Shown: positions 37,261-46,484 of the stretch, piece by piece | Layout: each line of letters opens with the position of its first letter | Numbering within the stretch: position 1 is the stretch's first letter | IMG/VR virus record: IMGVR_UViG_3300037183_000141 | Span: 12,464-76,463 of that record | Origin: a virus | Lineage: Duplodnaviria > Caudoviricetes | Direction: 5' to 3' (one strand) | DNA length: 64,000 nt | Position numbers and translations under genes: made by a program | The notes under the pieces: model-generated | Databases searched by the model: none | What the model was told of the DNA's origin: nothing | What the model saw: the letters and a program-made list of their open reading frames with translations, nothing else

Positions 37261-38199
37261 ATGTCGTATTCTCTAAAGCAATTCATGGTGTGCATTTCCG
37301 GGTACTCCGGCTCCGGGAAGGACGAGTTCGCCCGGATATTCGCGGACGAGATGCAAGCGCCGAAGGTCGGCCTGGCGGACCCGGCGAAACGCCATATGGC
37401 GGACCTCTACGGGTTCACCGAAGACCAGCTCTTCGGCCCAAGCGCCTCCCGAAACGCCGGCGACCTCCGGTATCCGAAGCCGAGCTTCACGTCCTCCGGG
37501 CTGTGCATTTCCAGCGCGACCGCGGAGGAGCCCCCGGCGGAGCTCAGGGGAGAGCTGAAGCCGGGCGTCCCGTACTGGGAGATGAGCTCTAGGAAGGTGA
37601 CGCCGGAGGCACACGAGGCCGTCCGAAAGCTTCCGTTCGTCCTCGGGCAGCTCGGGGACGCGACCGTCTACGTCCCGGAGGGGCACCCGTCGTTCTGGCT
37701 CTCCCCGAGGGAGAGCCTGCAGCTCTACTGCGAGCTCATGAACACCCTGTACAGGGACACCTGGATCCGGAAGTCAGTGCACACGCACATGCGGCTCGGC
37801 GGGACCACCGAGATCGCCGGGCACCGCTTCATGTCGTTCACCTACGACAGGATGTTCGGCCTCATGGTCCCGAGCCCCGACAAGCTAATCCCGGCCCCGG
37901 AGGACGGCGGGACGTTCTTCTCGTGCTCGGCCGACTTCAGGCATAGGCACGAGTTCAACCTGGCCAGAAAGATGAGGACGGACGACTTCATCCCGGTCAT
38001 GGTCCGCGTGAAGAGGCCGAGCGTGCCCGTGCCGCCCTTCGACCATCGGTCGGAGACGGAGCAGGCGACCATCCCGGACGGGTTCTTCGACTTCGTCGTG
38101 GACAACGACAAGACGGTGGAGGACCTGCACGATCAGGCGAGGGAGATCATCAAGACTGTCCAGATCCCGGGCTGGCGGCCGCTCCGGGGGTCGCTGTGA
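37261..38199 (+). CDS. Phage deoxynucleoside monophosphate kinase
   Basis: ISGYSGSGKD, ADPAK, SPRESLQ, DFRHRHE, HRSE, VVDND. Confidence 0.75.
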   Translation: MSYSLKQFMVCISGYSGSGKDEFARIFADEMQAPKVGLADPAKRHMADLYGFTEDQLFGPSASRNAGDLRYPKPSFTSSGLCISSATAEEPPAELRGELKPGVPYWEMSSRKVTPEAHEAVRKLPFVLGQLGDATVYVPEGHPSFWLSPRESLQLYCELMNTLYRDTWIRKSVHTHMRLGGTTEIAGHRFMSFTYDRMFGLMVPSPDKLIPAPEDGGTFFSCSADFRHRHEFNLARKMRTDDFIPVMVRVKRPSVPVPPFDHRSETEQATIPDGFFDFVVDNDKTVEDLHDQAREIIKTVQIPGWRPLRGSL

Positions 38200-39152
38200 A
38201 GCCCACGGTCGATCAGCTGATGGAGGTCGACACCATCCTCAGCCACAGCTTCTGCCCGGACGGAACGGCGTCCGCGATGATCTGCCTCGCCGCCTACGGC
38301 GCTGTGGGGAGGACGCCGGAGGTCAAGATGGTGATGTACGACACCGTCGACCATAGCGCCGCGCCGGCGGCCCCGAAACAGCTGTGGGCGGACATCACCC
38401 CGCCGATAGCCAGATGGCAGGACTGGGCTGGGATGAGCCCGATCGTGCTCGACCATCACGAGACGGCGATGCCGGTGGTCGAGGGCCTCGGGGGCGTCTA
38501 CGGAGGGCTCGACGACAGCGGGGCCAGCCTGGCGTTCAAGAACGTCATGCGAGTCCTCTCTCGCGACCGGGACGACATCGAAGAATGGGCGAAGTTCGCC
38601 CATCTCGCCATGATCCGGGACACGTGGAAGGACGCCCACGAGGACTGGGAGGAGGGGCTCGCGGTCGGCGAGGCGCTCAACTTCTACACGCAGAAGGCGC
38701 TCTTCATCTCCTCCTCCGAGGGGAAGATGAACGTGAACGAGATGATCCGGTTCGGCAAGGTCCTCGTCCAGAAGACCGCGAACAAGGCGTTCAAGCTCGC
38801 CCAGGGCACGACGTTCGTGGAAGCCGGAGGCCTGAAGTACGGGTTCTTCAACTGCACGGAGAAGGCGGTGTCCGAGACCGGGCATGCCCTGCTCGAGAAG
38901 CACGGGTGCAACGTCGCGGCCGGCTTCTTCTTCACCCAGGAGGGCGGGACGACCAACCTGTGCGTCTCCCTCCGGTCGAAGAAGGGCGAGGTCCCCGTCA
39001 ACAAGATCGCCGAGAAGTTCGGCGGAGGAGGGCATCAGCCCGCGGCCGGCTTCCGGCTGAAGGACGCCGGGGAGATCAGCCTGAACGGGCTGATCAAGAT
39101 CGTCCTCGGCGCCGCCGAGGTGGTCTTCGCGCAGGCGGTGATGGAGACGTAG
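38196..39152 (+). CDS. DHH/DHHA1 phosphoesterase with C-terminal VMET tag
   Basis: SHSFCPDG, LDHHET, SLRS, FGGGGHQPAAG. Confidence 0.85.
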   Translation: MKPTVDQLMEVDTILSHSFCPDGTASAMICLAAYGAVGRTPEVKMVMYDTVDHSAAPAAPKQLWADITPPIARWQDWAGMSPIVLDHHETAMPVVEGLGGVYGGLDDSGASLAFKNVMRVLSRDRDDIEEWAKFAHLAMIRDTWKDAHEDWEEGLAVGEALNFYTQKALFISSSEGKMNVNEMIRFGKVLVQKTANKAFKLAQGTTFVEAGGLKYGFFNCTEKAVSETGHALLEKHGCNVAAGFFFTQEGGTTNLCVSLRSKKGEVPVNKIAEKFGGGGHQPAAGFRLKDAGEISLNGLIKIVLGAAEVVFAQAVMET

Positions 39153-39202
39153 GCTCTTTGTCGGGCGTGAGTCCGATGACCACGGGTGTAAGAGTATCCG
39201 CC

Positions 39203-39985
39203 ATGACGCCCCTGTCCGACGTGAAGGCCTACTTCCGGGGCAAGGGCTTGGAGGGTCACTGGAGCGGGGACTCGTTCGAGGGCTCGGTCTCCGTCGTCGA
39301 CGTCAAGATCAAGCCCTCGGGGAAGTCGTACTCGGTCAAGATCGAGTCCGTCGACGACCCCTCCGACTCCGACGAGGTGACGACCGGCGAGCCGCTCAAG
39401 GCCATCGCGGACTTCCTGGGACAGGACATCCCGGGCGGCGAGCACTTCGAGAAGATGTCTTCCTTCCCGTCGTTCTTCGCCCACTCTATCGCCATGGCGG
39501 CCGAGCTCGTGGGCGCCGGGATGGTCGGCAGGCGCGCTGCCGTCCGCATGCTGCGCCGCCTATCCTCGTTCCGTCCCGTCGCCGACTCGCAGCCTCAGCG
39601 CCCCGGGACCGACCTCTCGGAGCTCGAGAAGGATGCCCGGAGGAAGGGCTGGAAGGCGAAGCTGAACAAGGACGGGTACGGGGACGACGTCCTCGAGATC
39701 GACGTCTCCGGCATCTACAAGGCCGAGGTCACGCTCGACGCCATCATGTACGACTACAAGTTCGAGCTCCGCGGCGAGTCCAGCGTGGACGAGAAGGGGT
39801 CGACCGACGACCCGATCCGCGACTTCGAGAAGTGGGCGGCCAGGTCGGACGTCAAGGAGGCGCTCGAGAGGGCGCAGTCCGCGGGCCGCGACCAGCACAC
39901 GGTCCAGGCTCCCGCCGAGCCGCCGAAGAAGAAGGCGCCCCAGGCGCCGACCCGCCGTGCCCCGGCAGAAGAGCCGCTCTCGTAG
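39203..39985 (+). CDS. Hypothetical protein with an internal domain duplication
   Basis: LSDVKAYFRGKG..TTGEPLKAI and LSELEKDARRKG..STDDPIRDF. Confidence 0.6.
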   Translation: MTPLSDVKAYFRGKGLEGHWSGDSFEGSVSVVDVKIKPSGKSYSVKIESVDDPSDSDEVTTGEPLKAIADFLGQDIPGGEHFEKMSSFPSFFAHSIAMAAELVGAGMVGRRAAVRMLRRLSSFRPVADSQPQRPGTDLSELEKDARRKGWKAKLNKDGYGDDVLEIDVSGIYKAEVTLDAIMYDYKFELRGESSVDEKGSTDDPIRDFEKWAARSDVKEALERAQSAGRDQHTVQAPAEPPKKKAPQAPTRRAPAEEPLS

Positions 39986-40014
39986 GTCCCGACCGTCCGT
40001 CCGTAAGGGCGGAC

Positions 40015-40401
40015 ATGCCACAGTCTTCCATCACAGAGAGCGGGTTCGCGGAGGTCCAGGTGTCCCCGACGGAGGCCCAGCTCCTCCTGGGCATGATGAA
40101 GGCCCGCATCCGGCGCCTCTCTCACCTGGACTCCGCCGGGCCCGACGTGTTCGCCGAGGTGTCCCGGCTGGCCCGCATGTGCTTCGTCCTCTCCAGCGGG
40201 AAGCCGGGCGACTGGGTGACCATCCGGCGCATGTCGAAGGAGGACGTGGAGGCCGTCTACGTCCTGAACCTGGGTCAGGAGACCGAGAGGCTCCTCGCCG
40301 CCCTGAACAACGTTCGGCAGAGGGTGCGGCAGACTGGGCCGGTCGACCTGGACGTCTCCGACCAGGCCGCCAAGTCCGTGATCGAGGTGATGGAGACCTA
40401 G
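40015..40401 (+). CDS. Hypothetical protein with C-terminal VMET tag
   Basis: ATG 40015 preceded by the AGGTC-N15-TA motif. Confidence 0.6.
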   Translation: MPQSSITESGFAEVQVSPTEAQLLLGMMKARIRRLSHLDSAGPDVFAEVSRLARMCFVLSSGKPGDWVTIRRMSKEDVEAVYVLNLGQETERLLAALNNVRQRVRQTGPVDLDVSDQAAKSVIEVMET

Positions 40402-41321
40402 GGGAGAATGTGGACGTTCCAATGTTGCAGTATATATTGGAACACCATGGCTAGTGTCGTGACGACGAAGATTGGGACGGTGACCTTTCGCGACAGCCCC
40501 TTTCCGGACTTGGACGCCTGAAGCTCGATGGCTTTCACGGCGGTCTCCGTCGTTTTCTTGACATGGTTTTCGTAGGTTTTCAGACGCTCTTCGTGGACAA
40601 TGTCGGCTCGGATGAGGCGGAGGATTTCGGTCGTCGCCTCCGAGCTCTGCTCTTCGAAGGCGTCGAATTTCTCGAAATGGCTTTGCATATCCTCCTTCGT
40701 TGCGTACTTCCGGATCTCCTGTTGCGTCGCGAGCGAAGCGTTTTTCGCGGCGATGGCGTCGGCCGAGGCGGCGAGGGCCGCCTGCTCGGCCTTCTCGAGG
40801 CTTTTCTGAACGGCCCACATATCCCGGTCGACGCGAGCGATCTGGTCTCCGACCCACTTCTCGAGGTCGCCTATACGTCCTTCAAGGTCGGCCTGACTGT
40901 TCGCCATATCGACCTGCATCGACATGAACGAAAACTCCGGCCCCGACTGCGGTGTGTCCTGAATGTGGTCCGCGTAGGCCCAGCGCCGTGAGTCCGAAGT
41001 CCGGACCTTGAACACGTACCACCAGGCCACCTTGCCCTCGACGGTCTTCGTCGGAAATATATGGCGCCGCGTTTTCTCCGGGTCTTCCTCGGTCAAATCC
41101 TCCCGGATTTGGTCATGGAAGCGCTCCGGCGACACGTCGAAGACGGACATCGACGCAAGCTGCTCCTCGGTGCAGCCCATTATCTTGAGCGCAAACTCGT
41201 TAACCCACTCTATGGAGCCGGAGGAAGTATCGACCTCGAAGACACCACGTTCCTTCATATCCTTTCCGAGCTTTCGGCCCTCAAGTACCCCCGGATCATG
41301 GTTCTGCTTCTGTTTCAGCAT
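40398..41321 (-). CDS. PAS domain, coiled coil and C-terminal membrane anchor
   Basis: IEWVNEFALKIMGCTEEQLASMSVFDVSPE (PAS); tail VTVPIFVVTTLAMVFQYIL. Confidence 0.65.
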   Translation of the reverse strand: MLKQKQNHDPGVLEGRKLGKDMKERGVFEVDTSSGSIEWVNEFALKIMGCTEEQLASMSVFDVSPERFHDQIREDLTEEDPEKTRRHIFPTKTVEGKVAWWYVFKVRTSDSRRWAYADHIQDTPQSGPEFSFMSMQVDMANSQADLEGRIGDLEKWVGDQIARVDRDMWAVQKSLEKAEQAALAASADAIAAKNASLATQQEIRKYATKEDMQSHFEKFDAFEEQSSEATTEILRLIRADIVHEERLKTYENHVKKTTETAVKAIELQASKSGKGLSRKVTVPIFVVTTLAMVFQYILQHWNVHILP

Positions 41322-41384
41322 GGCTTCAGATGACGGATGAATAAAAGACCGACGTCAGAAAGAACATATTGGTAAGGTCTTCGA

Positions 41385-41756
41385 ATGCCGCCCTCGAACG
41401 CTCTATCCCTTCATTGTTCAAAATGTAAGATATCCGAAACCTGCCCGAGAAGGGGATCGAGTCCCCTCCAAAAGGGTGGTCGGTCCCTCCCACTATTATG
41501 TCGTATTGTCGGAGGATACGCAACGAGGCCCATCGACCTAGAACGACTGTCGGACGATGGGAAGGCCCGGGCGGCCAAGGACGGACCGTGCATGAGCATC
41601 GTCGAGGTCCCGACCGTCGAGCCGTCAGGCCATGTCCACTTCGAGATGGTAAAAGTCTTCCACCATGCCATCGTCCACCCCCGGTCGACGACGACGCTCC
41701 AGGCGGACGCCATGCTGACGCGCTCTCACAGGCAGGAACGCCCGACCCGGAGCTAG
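41385..41756 (+). CDS. Hypothetical Cys-containing protein
   Basis: 123 aa; CSKC..C. Confidence 0.45.
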   Translation: MPPSNALSLHCSKCKISETCPRRGSSPLQKGGRSLPLLCRIVGGYATRPIDLERLSDDGKARAAKDGPCMSIVEVPTVEPSGHVHFEMVKVFHHAIVHPRSTTTLQADAMLTRSHRQERPTRS

Positions 41757-42037
41757 GAAGTCAGGACATGGTGGGCCAGAACGAACTCCCTGGCCCCCTC
41801 GATGACAGACTGAATCTCCGCCTCCCGCGACTTCCAGTCGAAATACCACTTACGGATTGACCCGTCCGTCATGATGAGGCACACGACGGAAGTGTTCATG
41901 TCCACGATTTTAGTCCGGAGAAGATAGCTTTTCCAACCCTTCCGGAAGACAGCCCCGTGAATATAGAAGTGGCCGACCCTGGGGATGGTCCTCTCCCACT
42001 CGATCTTCGATCCGGGAGGTGCAGGCCTGGGAGTCAT
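41753..42037 (-). CDS. Hypothetical protein with C-terminal VLTS tag
   Basis: Probable ATG 42037. Confidence 0.5.
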   Translation of the reverse strand: MTPRPAPPGSKIEWERTIPRVGHFYIHGAVFRKGWKSYLLRTKIVDMNTSVVCLIMTDGSIRKWYFDWKSREAEIQSVIEGAREFVLAHHVLTS

Positions 42038-42102
42038 ATCATCACTACGGCAATGACCTGGTGACTTCCATCCTAGAAGTCCAGGATCCGATCCCTCGGT
42101 CC

Positions 42103-42687
42103 TCAACGCAGCTTGGCCCGGTCGAGCGCGCCCTTGACCGTGGCCCAGACGCCGTCGTCGAAGGGGCGCATAACGCGGACCATCTGCGGGTGCTCGAATC
42201 CGCGGTTCGAGGGGCCGTCGAGCATGAGGACAACTCCGCGCGGACGATGCCTGAGCCAGGCCAGCGCGAACTTCGGATAGTCGTCGAACAGGACGCGCCC
42301 GTACACGAGGCCCTTGTCATGGCCTACGGTCACCGGGAGGTCCGGAACGTGCTCGGCGCACCACTCGACCTTCTCGGTCCAGGCGGAGTGAGTCTTCCTC
42401 GGCCCTTTCGTCAGGATGGAGGTCTCGAACCCGGACTCGACGATCATGTCGAGTACCTTGAAGCCGTCCTCTATCTTCCTAAGGTTCCTCCAGAACCCGG
42501 GCTGACTCTTCACCAGCCTCATGCGGGCCTCAGCCCACGGCGGGACGCCACGGGAGTGAGCCTCATAAAGGGGCTCCCCGGGGGACATGAGTGGCTCCAG
42601 TCCCTCCCTCAGTCCTGCGTCATAGTCGGCGATCGTCCCGTCCATGTCGACAAGGGCGATCTCGGTGGCCTCCGGCGAGTTTCCCAT
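42103..42687 (-). CDS. Second HAD 5'(3')-deoxyribonucleotidase (NT5C-like)
   Basis: ALVDMDGTIADY, ILTKGP, LFDDYP. Confidence 0.85.
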   Translation of the reverse strand: MGNSPEATEIALVDMDGTIADYDAGLREGLEPLMSPGEPLYEAHSRGVPPWAEARMRLVKSQPGFWRNLRKIEDGFKVLDMIVESGFETSILTKGPRKTHSAWTEKVEWCAEHVPDLPVTVGHDKGLVYGRVLFDDYPKFALAWLRHRPRGVVLMLDGPSNRGFEHPQMVRVMRPFDDGVWATVKGALDRAKLR

Positions 42688-42720
42688 CGCCGGATTGTAC
42701 ACCGTTCGGCGGACGGCCTA

Positions 42721-42972
42721 TCAGGCGCCGTGCTTGCTGACCTTGAGCAGGTTGTCGAGTTCCTTGTGGAAGGTCGACTCGTCTCCGGAGTCGAGTGCCC
42801 CCATGACCTTGTCGAGCGCGCCCTTGACCATGCTCTTTCCGGGACCGGACTGCGGGAGCGCCTGCTGCTCCTGCTGAGCCTGCTGCTCCTGCTGCCCTTG
42901 TTGCTGCTCCTGCGCGCGAATGAAGCGAGAAGCGACCCTCTTGGCCATGTCGTCGTGGGTGATGTTTGCCAT
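42721..42972 (-). CDS. Small Gln-rich protein
   Basis: KRVASRFIRA then (QEQQ)-type repeats. Confidence 0.6.
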   Translation of the reverse strand: MANITHDDMAKRVASRFIRAQEQQQGQQEQQAQQEQQALPQSGPGKSMVKGALDKVMGALDSGDESTFHKELDNLLKVSKHGA

Positions 42973-43074
42973 GATAGTTTCCTTGGACCTCGTTCGTGCA
43001 GATCGGCGAAATGATCCGCGCCGCGGGTCTTACGGGAAATCAAAGGCCCATCGGGGAGGGCGTAAGCTCCGCCC

Positions 43075-43623
43075 ATGACGATACAGGAGGCCACGCTGGA
43101 GGAAATTAGATCGGTCATAAGGCCGGATAAGAAGAGCCTTTTACGCTGCAAGGCAGGAAGGCCGAGGAGGATAGAGACGGTCTTCCCGGCGAACGCGCTT
43201 CTCGTCTCGAAGACTCACATCCACCTGGCGAACTGGCTGGCCGCGTGGGAGTTCGACCCGACCCCGGAGCTGGAAGGCGCGATCCAAGACGGGATGTCCT
43301 ATGTGTTCAGGGCCGCGTGGACGTCCGAGACGTACGAGTTCAATGGGTGCACATACCTGTCCATGGAGCAGATATTCGACCCCGACACGGACAGATATCG
43401 TTTCCATCCACTGTGTAAACCGTCGTACGACGGGCACAGACACAGGTGGAACGGCCATAACGGAAAGCTTGAGGTCCTGTGCGAGACCAGCTCCGGGGCG
43501 ACGGGAGAGAAAATGCTGAAGCTGATGAAGGACCGATCGTTCCTGCTGAAGCGAAGCGGCCGCGACGCCGGGACCTACAGACTCCCAAGGGGGTGTTACT
43601 CCTGGGAGGAGAAGACTCTCTAA
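43075..43623 (+). CDS. Hypothetical protein
   Basis: 182 aa, GCGTA-N10-ATG start context. Confidence 0.55.
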   Translation: MTIQEATLEEIRSVIRPDKKSLLRCKAGRPRRIETVFPANALLVSKTHIHLANWLAAWEFDPTPELEGAIQDGMSYVFRAAWTSETYEFNGCTYLSMEQIFDPDTDRYRFHPLCKPSYDGHRHRWNGHNGKLEVLCETSSGATGEKMLKLMKDRSFLLKRSGRDAGTYRLPRGCYSWEEKTL

Positions 43624-43898
43624 GCCTTTCCGCCCTGGGTTAGAGTCACCATCGGTCCGGCGAGAAGGGTGAGGGGGCCGTCCTTTCCGGGGGCGGCCGG
43701 GATCTCGATACCCTGACGGGCGATCTCCGCGATAAGGGACACCACACGGGGGAGCTCGCCCATCGAAGAGCGGGCCAGAAGGACAGCAAGGTCGTCCTCA
43801 CCCGCCCTCACGACGTCCTTCCACAGGTCTTCCCAGCCGGCGAGAGCCGCCTGCGGGGAGTCCGATGGAACCCTGGCGACGCAGATTACGACCTTCAC
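43620..43898 (-). CDS. Hypothetical protein
   Basis: 92 aa. Confidence 0.5.
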   Translation of the reverse strand: MKVVICVARVPSDSPQAALAGWEDLWKDVVRAGEDDLAVLLARSSMGELPRVVSLIAEIARQGIEIPAAPGKDGPLTLLAGPMVTLTQGGKA

Positions 43899-43909
43899 GC
43901 CTTTCGAGG

Positions 43910-44302
43910 TCAGGACAGTGAAGAGGATGTCGTCCCCTGGCCGAAGACCGTCCCCCAGCTCACGGCCGTGTCCTCATTCCGGAAGCCGAGCCTCCGGAGT
44001 ATCTCGCACATAGCCCAGGCGTCGACGAGGTGCCTCGGGTGGCGCATGAGGTCGGCTACCCCGGTCCCGACCCTCTTCCGAAGCTCCACGAGCTCCATCC
44101 CGTCGGCCAGGACTAGGGCCGTGGCGAGGTCGTCGTTCACGTCGAAGGAACGGCGCTGGACGACGGACTCCGGGAGCGCCCCGTGGATCCGAAGCCCCTC
44201 TACGAGGGGAAGGATGGGGACCATCTTCCTCTCGGTCAGGATTTCCTTCGTCAGGTCGAGGATCTGGTCTAGCGCCATTCCGGACATTACGTTAACGCTC
44301 AC
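43910..44302 (-). CDS. Hypothetical protein
   Basis: 130 aa; GTGA overlap with the upstream gene. Confidence 0.55.
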   Translation of the reverse strand: MSVNVMSGMALDQILDLTKEILTERKMVPILPLVEGLRIHGALPESVVQRRSFDVNDDLATALVLADGMELVELRKRVGTGVADLMRHPRHLVDAWAMCEILRRLGFRNEDTAVSWGTVFGQGTTSSSLS

Positions 44303-44832
44303 GTGTCCATGACCTCCTTAGCAAACCGTAAGGCCACCAGGTAGGCGAGGGCCTTGAGGGACGATATGCAGGCCCTGGCGACGGCGGCCTGCTTTTCCTC
44401 CGGGTTCTTCGACGCCGCGGCCTCCATATACCTGGCCAGGCACTCCTTTCCCATCTCCCTCCAGTCGCAGTCGATCCCGGTCCCCCGGAACCCATCTGGG
44501 CCGAACATCTTCGTCCTCGTAAAGTCCTTATAGGGGTCGAAGACCTCCAGCGACATCAGGGACAGGACAATGTCGAAGGCCTCCTTGAAGTTCCCGGGGA
44601 CATAGGCCTGGTACTCCGGGAGCGCCAGGAGCTCCCAGTCGTCAGCGAGCATGTCCCGGGACTCGAGCTGGGACGACGGCCACGTGTGCTCGGAGGACCC
44701 GGCCTTCATGGTGAAGTGATCGGACCGGACACCGGCTATGAGCTCGACGGTAATATGGTGTCCGGCCGGCCAGGGCCTCCTGCGGGCCCTCCGTCCGGCG
44801 CGGAGCGCAGGAAGGGCGTCCTCTATCTTCAT
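44299..44832 (-). CDS. DUF2829 (Tad2-like) domain fused to an unknown helical domain; VMDT tag
   Basis: MKIEDALPALRAGRRARRRPW..W..SRDMLADDWELL. Confidence 0.65.
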   Translation of the reverse strand: MKIEDALPALRAGRRARRRPWPAGHHITVELIAGVRSDHFTMKAGSSEHTWPSSQLESRDMLADDWELLALPEYQAYVPGNFKEAFDIVLSLMSLEVFDPYKDFTRTKMFGPDGFRGTGIDCDWREMGKECLARYMEAAASKNPEEKQAAVARACISSLKALAYLVALRFAKEVMDT

Positions 44833-44859
44833 CACCGAGATTACACCGTAGTGTTGGCC

Positions 44860-45264
44860 GTGACCAGAAACTGTCGCCACTGCGGGAAGCCGCTTTTGAA
44901 AGAGAACGCGACGATGGCCGACGGATGCCCCTGTAATTCTGCACGAGGGGTCAACCATGGGATCGTGGACAAGCTTACCTGTACGTGTAATGTCTGCGAC
45001 CCGGCCGGAACCGGCGGATCTCGCCTCAGGTCCACAACGCCGACGATCCGCTCTCTGTCCGACTTCGGGGAAGGAGTTTATGTAGTGTATGGGGTGTGCG
45101 TGTGCGGGCTAGACACGAGCATGCAATGGTCGTACACGATGCCGGACGGGTCCGTCATCCCGAGGTGCGGAAAGTGCGTCCTCAACAGTCAGTCTGAAAG
45201 GCTTGAGAAGATCTCGAAGGAGATGTTCGACTATTTCACGGCCCTCCACGTGATGACCGCGTAG
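44860..45264 (+). CDS. Cys-rich hypothetical protein; VMTA tag
   Basis: CRHC..CPC..CTCNVC..CVC..CGKC. Confidence 0.55.
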   Translation: MTRNCRHCGKPLLKENATMADGCPCNSARGVNHGIVDKLTCTCNVCDPAGTGGSRLRSTTPTIRSLSDFGEGVYVVYGVCVCGLDTSMQWSYTMPDGSVIPRCGKCVLNSQSERLEKISKEMFDYFTALHVMTA

Positions 45265-45293
45265 GTGTGGTCGTCCGGAGCGTAAGCTCCTGG

Positions 45294-46466
45294 ATGCGCA
45301 ACCTTTTCGACGGGACGACTGCAGAGGCTAGGGACTACCAAGTCCGGATCTGCGAGAAGACTCTGGACCTGCTGACGGGCCCGAACCCGGTGAACTCCGT
45401 GCTCCTCGACTCTCCGACCGGGTCCGGGAAGACCGTCATGGGTCTGGCCCTGGCCAGACACGGGGTCTCCGTCGGGAAGACCGTCGGGTGGGTCGCGATG
45501 CGTAGGAACCTGCTCCGGCAGGCCGCGGACATGGCGACGAGGTTCGGATTCGGCCTGGAGGGCATGCGTCTGATCTCGATGTTCGACCGGGATCCCCCGG
45601 CCGGCATTGACTGGCTGTTCGTGGACGAGGCCCAGCACGACGCCACAGCGACAATGGCGCACGTCCACGCGGTGGCGAAGCCGGAGAGGGTGATCGGCCT
45701 GTCGGCAACCCCGTACCGGACGGACCGGGCGAAGCTGGCGTTCGACCGCGTGATCAAGGAGGTCGGCATCCAGGAGCTGATCGAGGCCGGGTATCTGTCC
45801 CAGTACGACCATTTCACCATTCCGGCCTGGACCCCCGAGGAGGTCGTCCGGTGCTATCTCCGGGACCCCGAAGGGTGGGGACGCTCGGTCATGTTCTTCC
45901 TCACCATGGAGGAGTGCCGCAGGACGGAGGCCATGCTCCGGGCGGCCGGCGTCCGGTGCGAGCTCGTCTGGGGCGGCTCCGACCGGGAGTCCCAGATCGA
46001 CTCCTTGCGCTCCGGGGGTGCGCAGGTGGCAATATCCATGTCCCTTCTGGCCGAGGGCCTGGACGTGGAGGAGCTGAACACCGTCTTCGTGCGCCCTTCG
46101 AAGAAGGGCCCGACCCTGCAGATGGCGGGCCGTGTCCTCCGGACCCTCCCTGGGACCCCGGTCAAGAGGATCGTCCAGTGCGGCGAGACGAAATACCCGT
46201 TCGTCCGCGCCGCGAAGCCGAGGTCGTCCTACGCTCTGTTCGGCGAACAGTTCCTCTCCATGGAGCCGAACAAGAACGTGGAGAACATCTCGAAGGCCTG
46301 CCTGGACAGGCTCGTGCACGGCAAGACCCCCGGGATCCCCCAGTTCATCATGGACGCCGGACGGGGCCGGAGGTTCGCCGAGGACCGCCGGACTAGGCGC
46401 GGGTCGCGCCGCGTAGATAGGGGAGGGTCCGGTGTAAGCTCCACGACGCCAGACGGGGCGGACTGA
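45294..46466 (+). CDS. Superfamily 2 (DExH) helicase
   Basis: SPTGSGKT, FVDEAQH, GLSATP, LAEGLD, QMAGRVLR. Confidence 0.9.
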   Translation: MRNLFDGTTAEARDYQVRICEKTLDLLTGPNPVNSVLLDSPTGSGKTVMGLALARHGVSVGKTVGWVAMRRNLLRQAADMATRFGFGLEGMRLISMFDRDPPAGIDWLFVDEAQHDATATMAHVHAVAKPERVIGLSATPYRTDRAKLAFDRVIKEVGIQELIEAGYLSQYDHFTIPAWTPEEVVRCYLRDPEGWGRSVMFFLTMEECRRTEAMLRAAGVRCELVWGGSDRESQIDSLRSGGAQVAISMSLLAEGLDVEELNTVFVRPSKKGPTLQMAGRVLRTLPGTPVKRIVQCGETKYPFVRAAKPRSSYALFGEQFLSMEPNKNVENISKACLDRLVHGKTPGIPQFIMDAGRGRRFAEDRRTRRGSRRVDRGGSGVSSTTPDGAD

Positions 46467-46484
46467 CCAACCAAGGAGAACATC

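Noticed and set aside
45294-46466. SF2 helicase as Cas3
   Set aside because: No HD nuclease domain, too short, and 7.5 kb away in an unrelated operon
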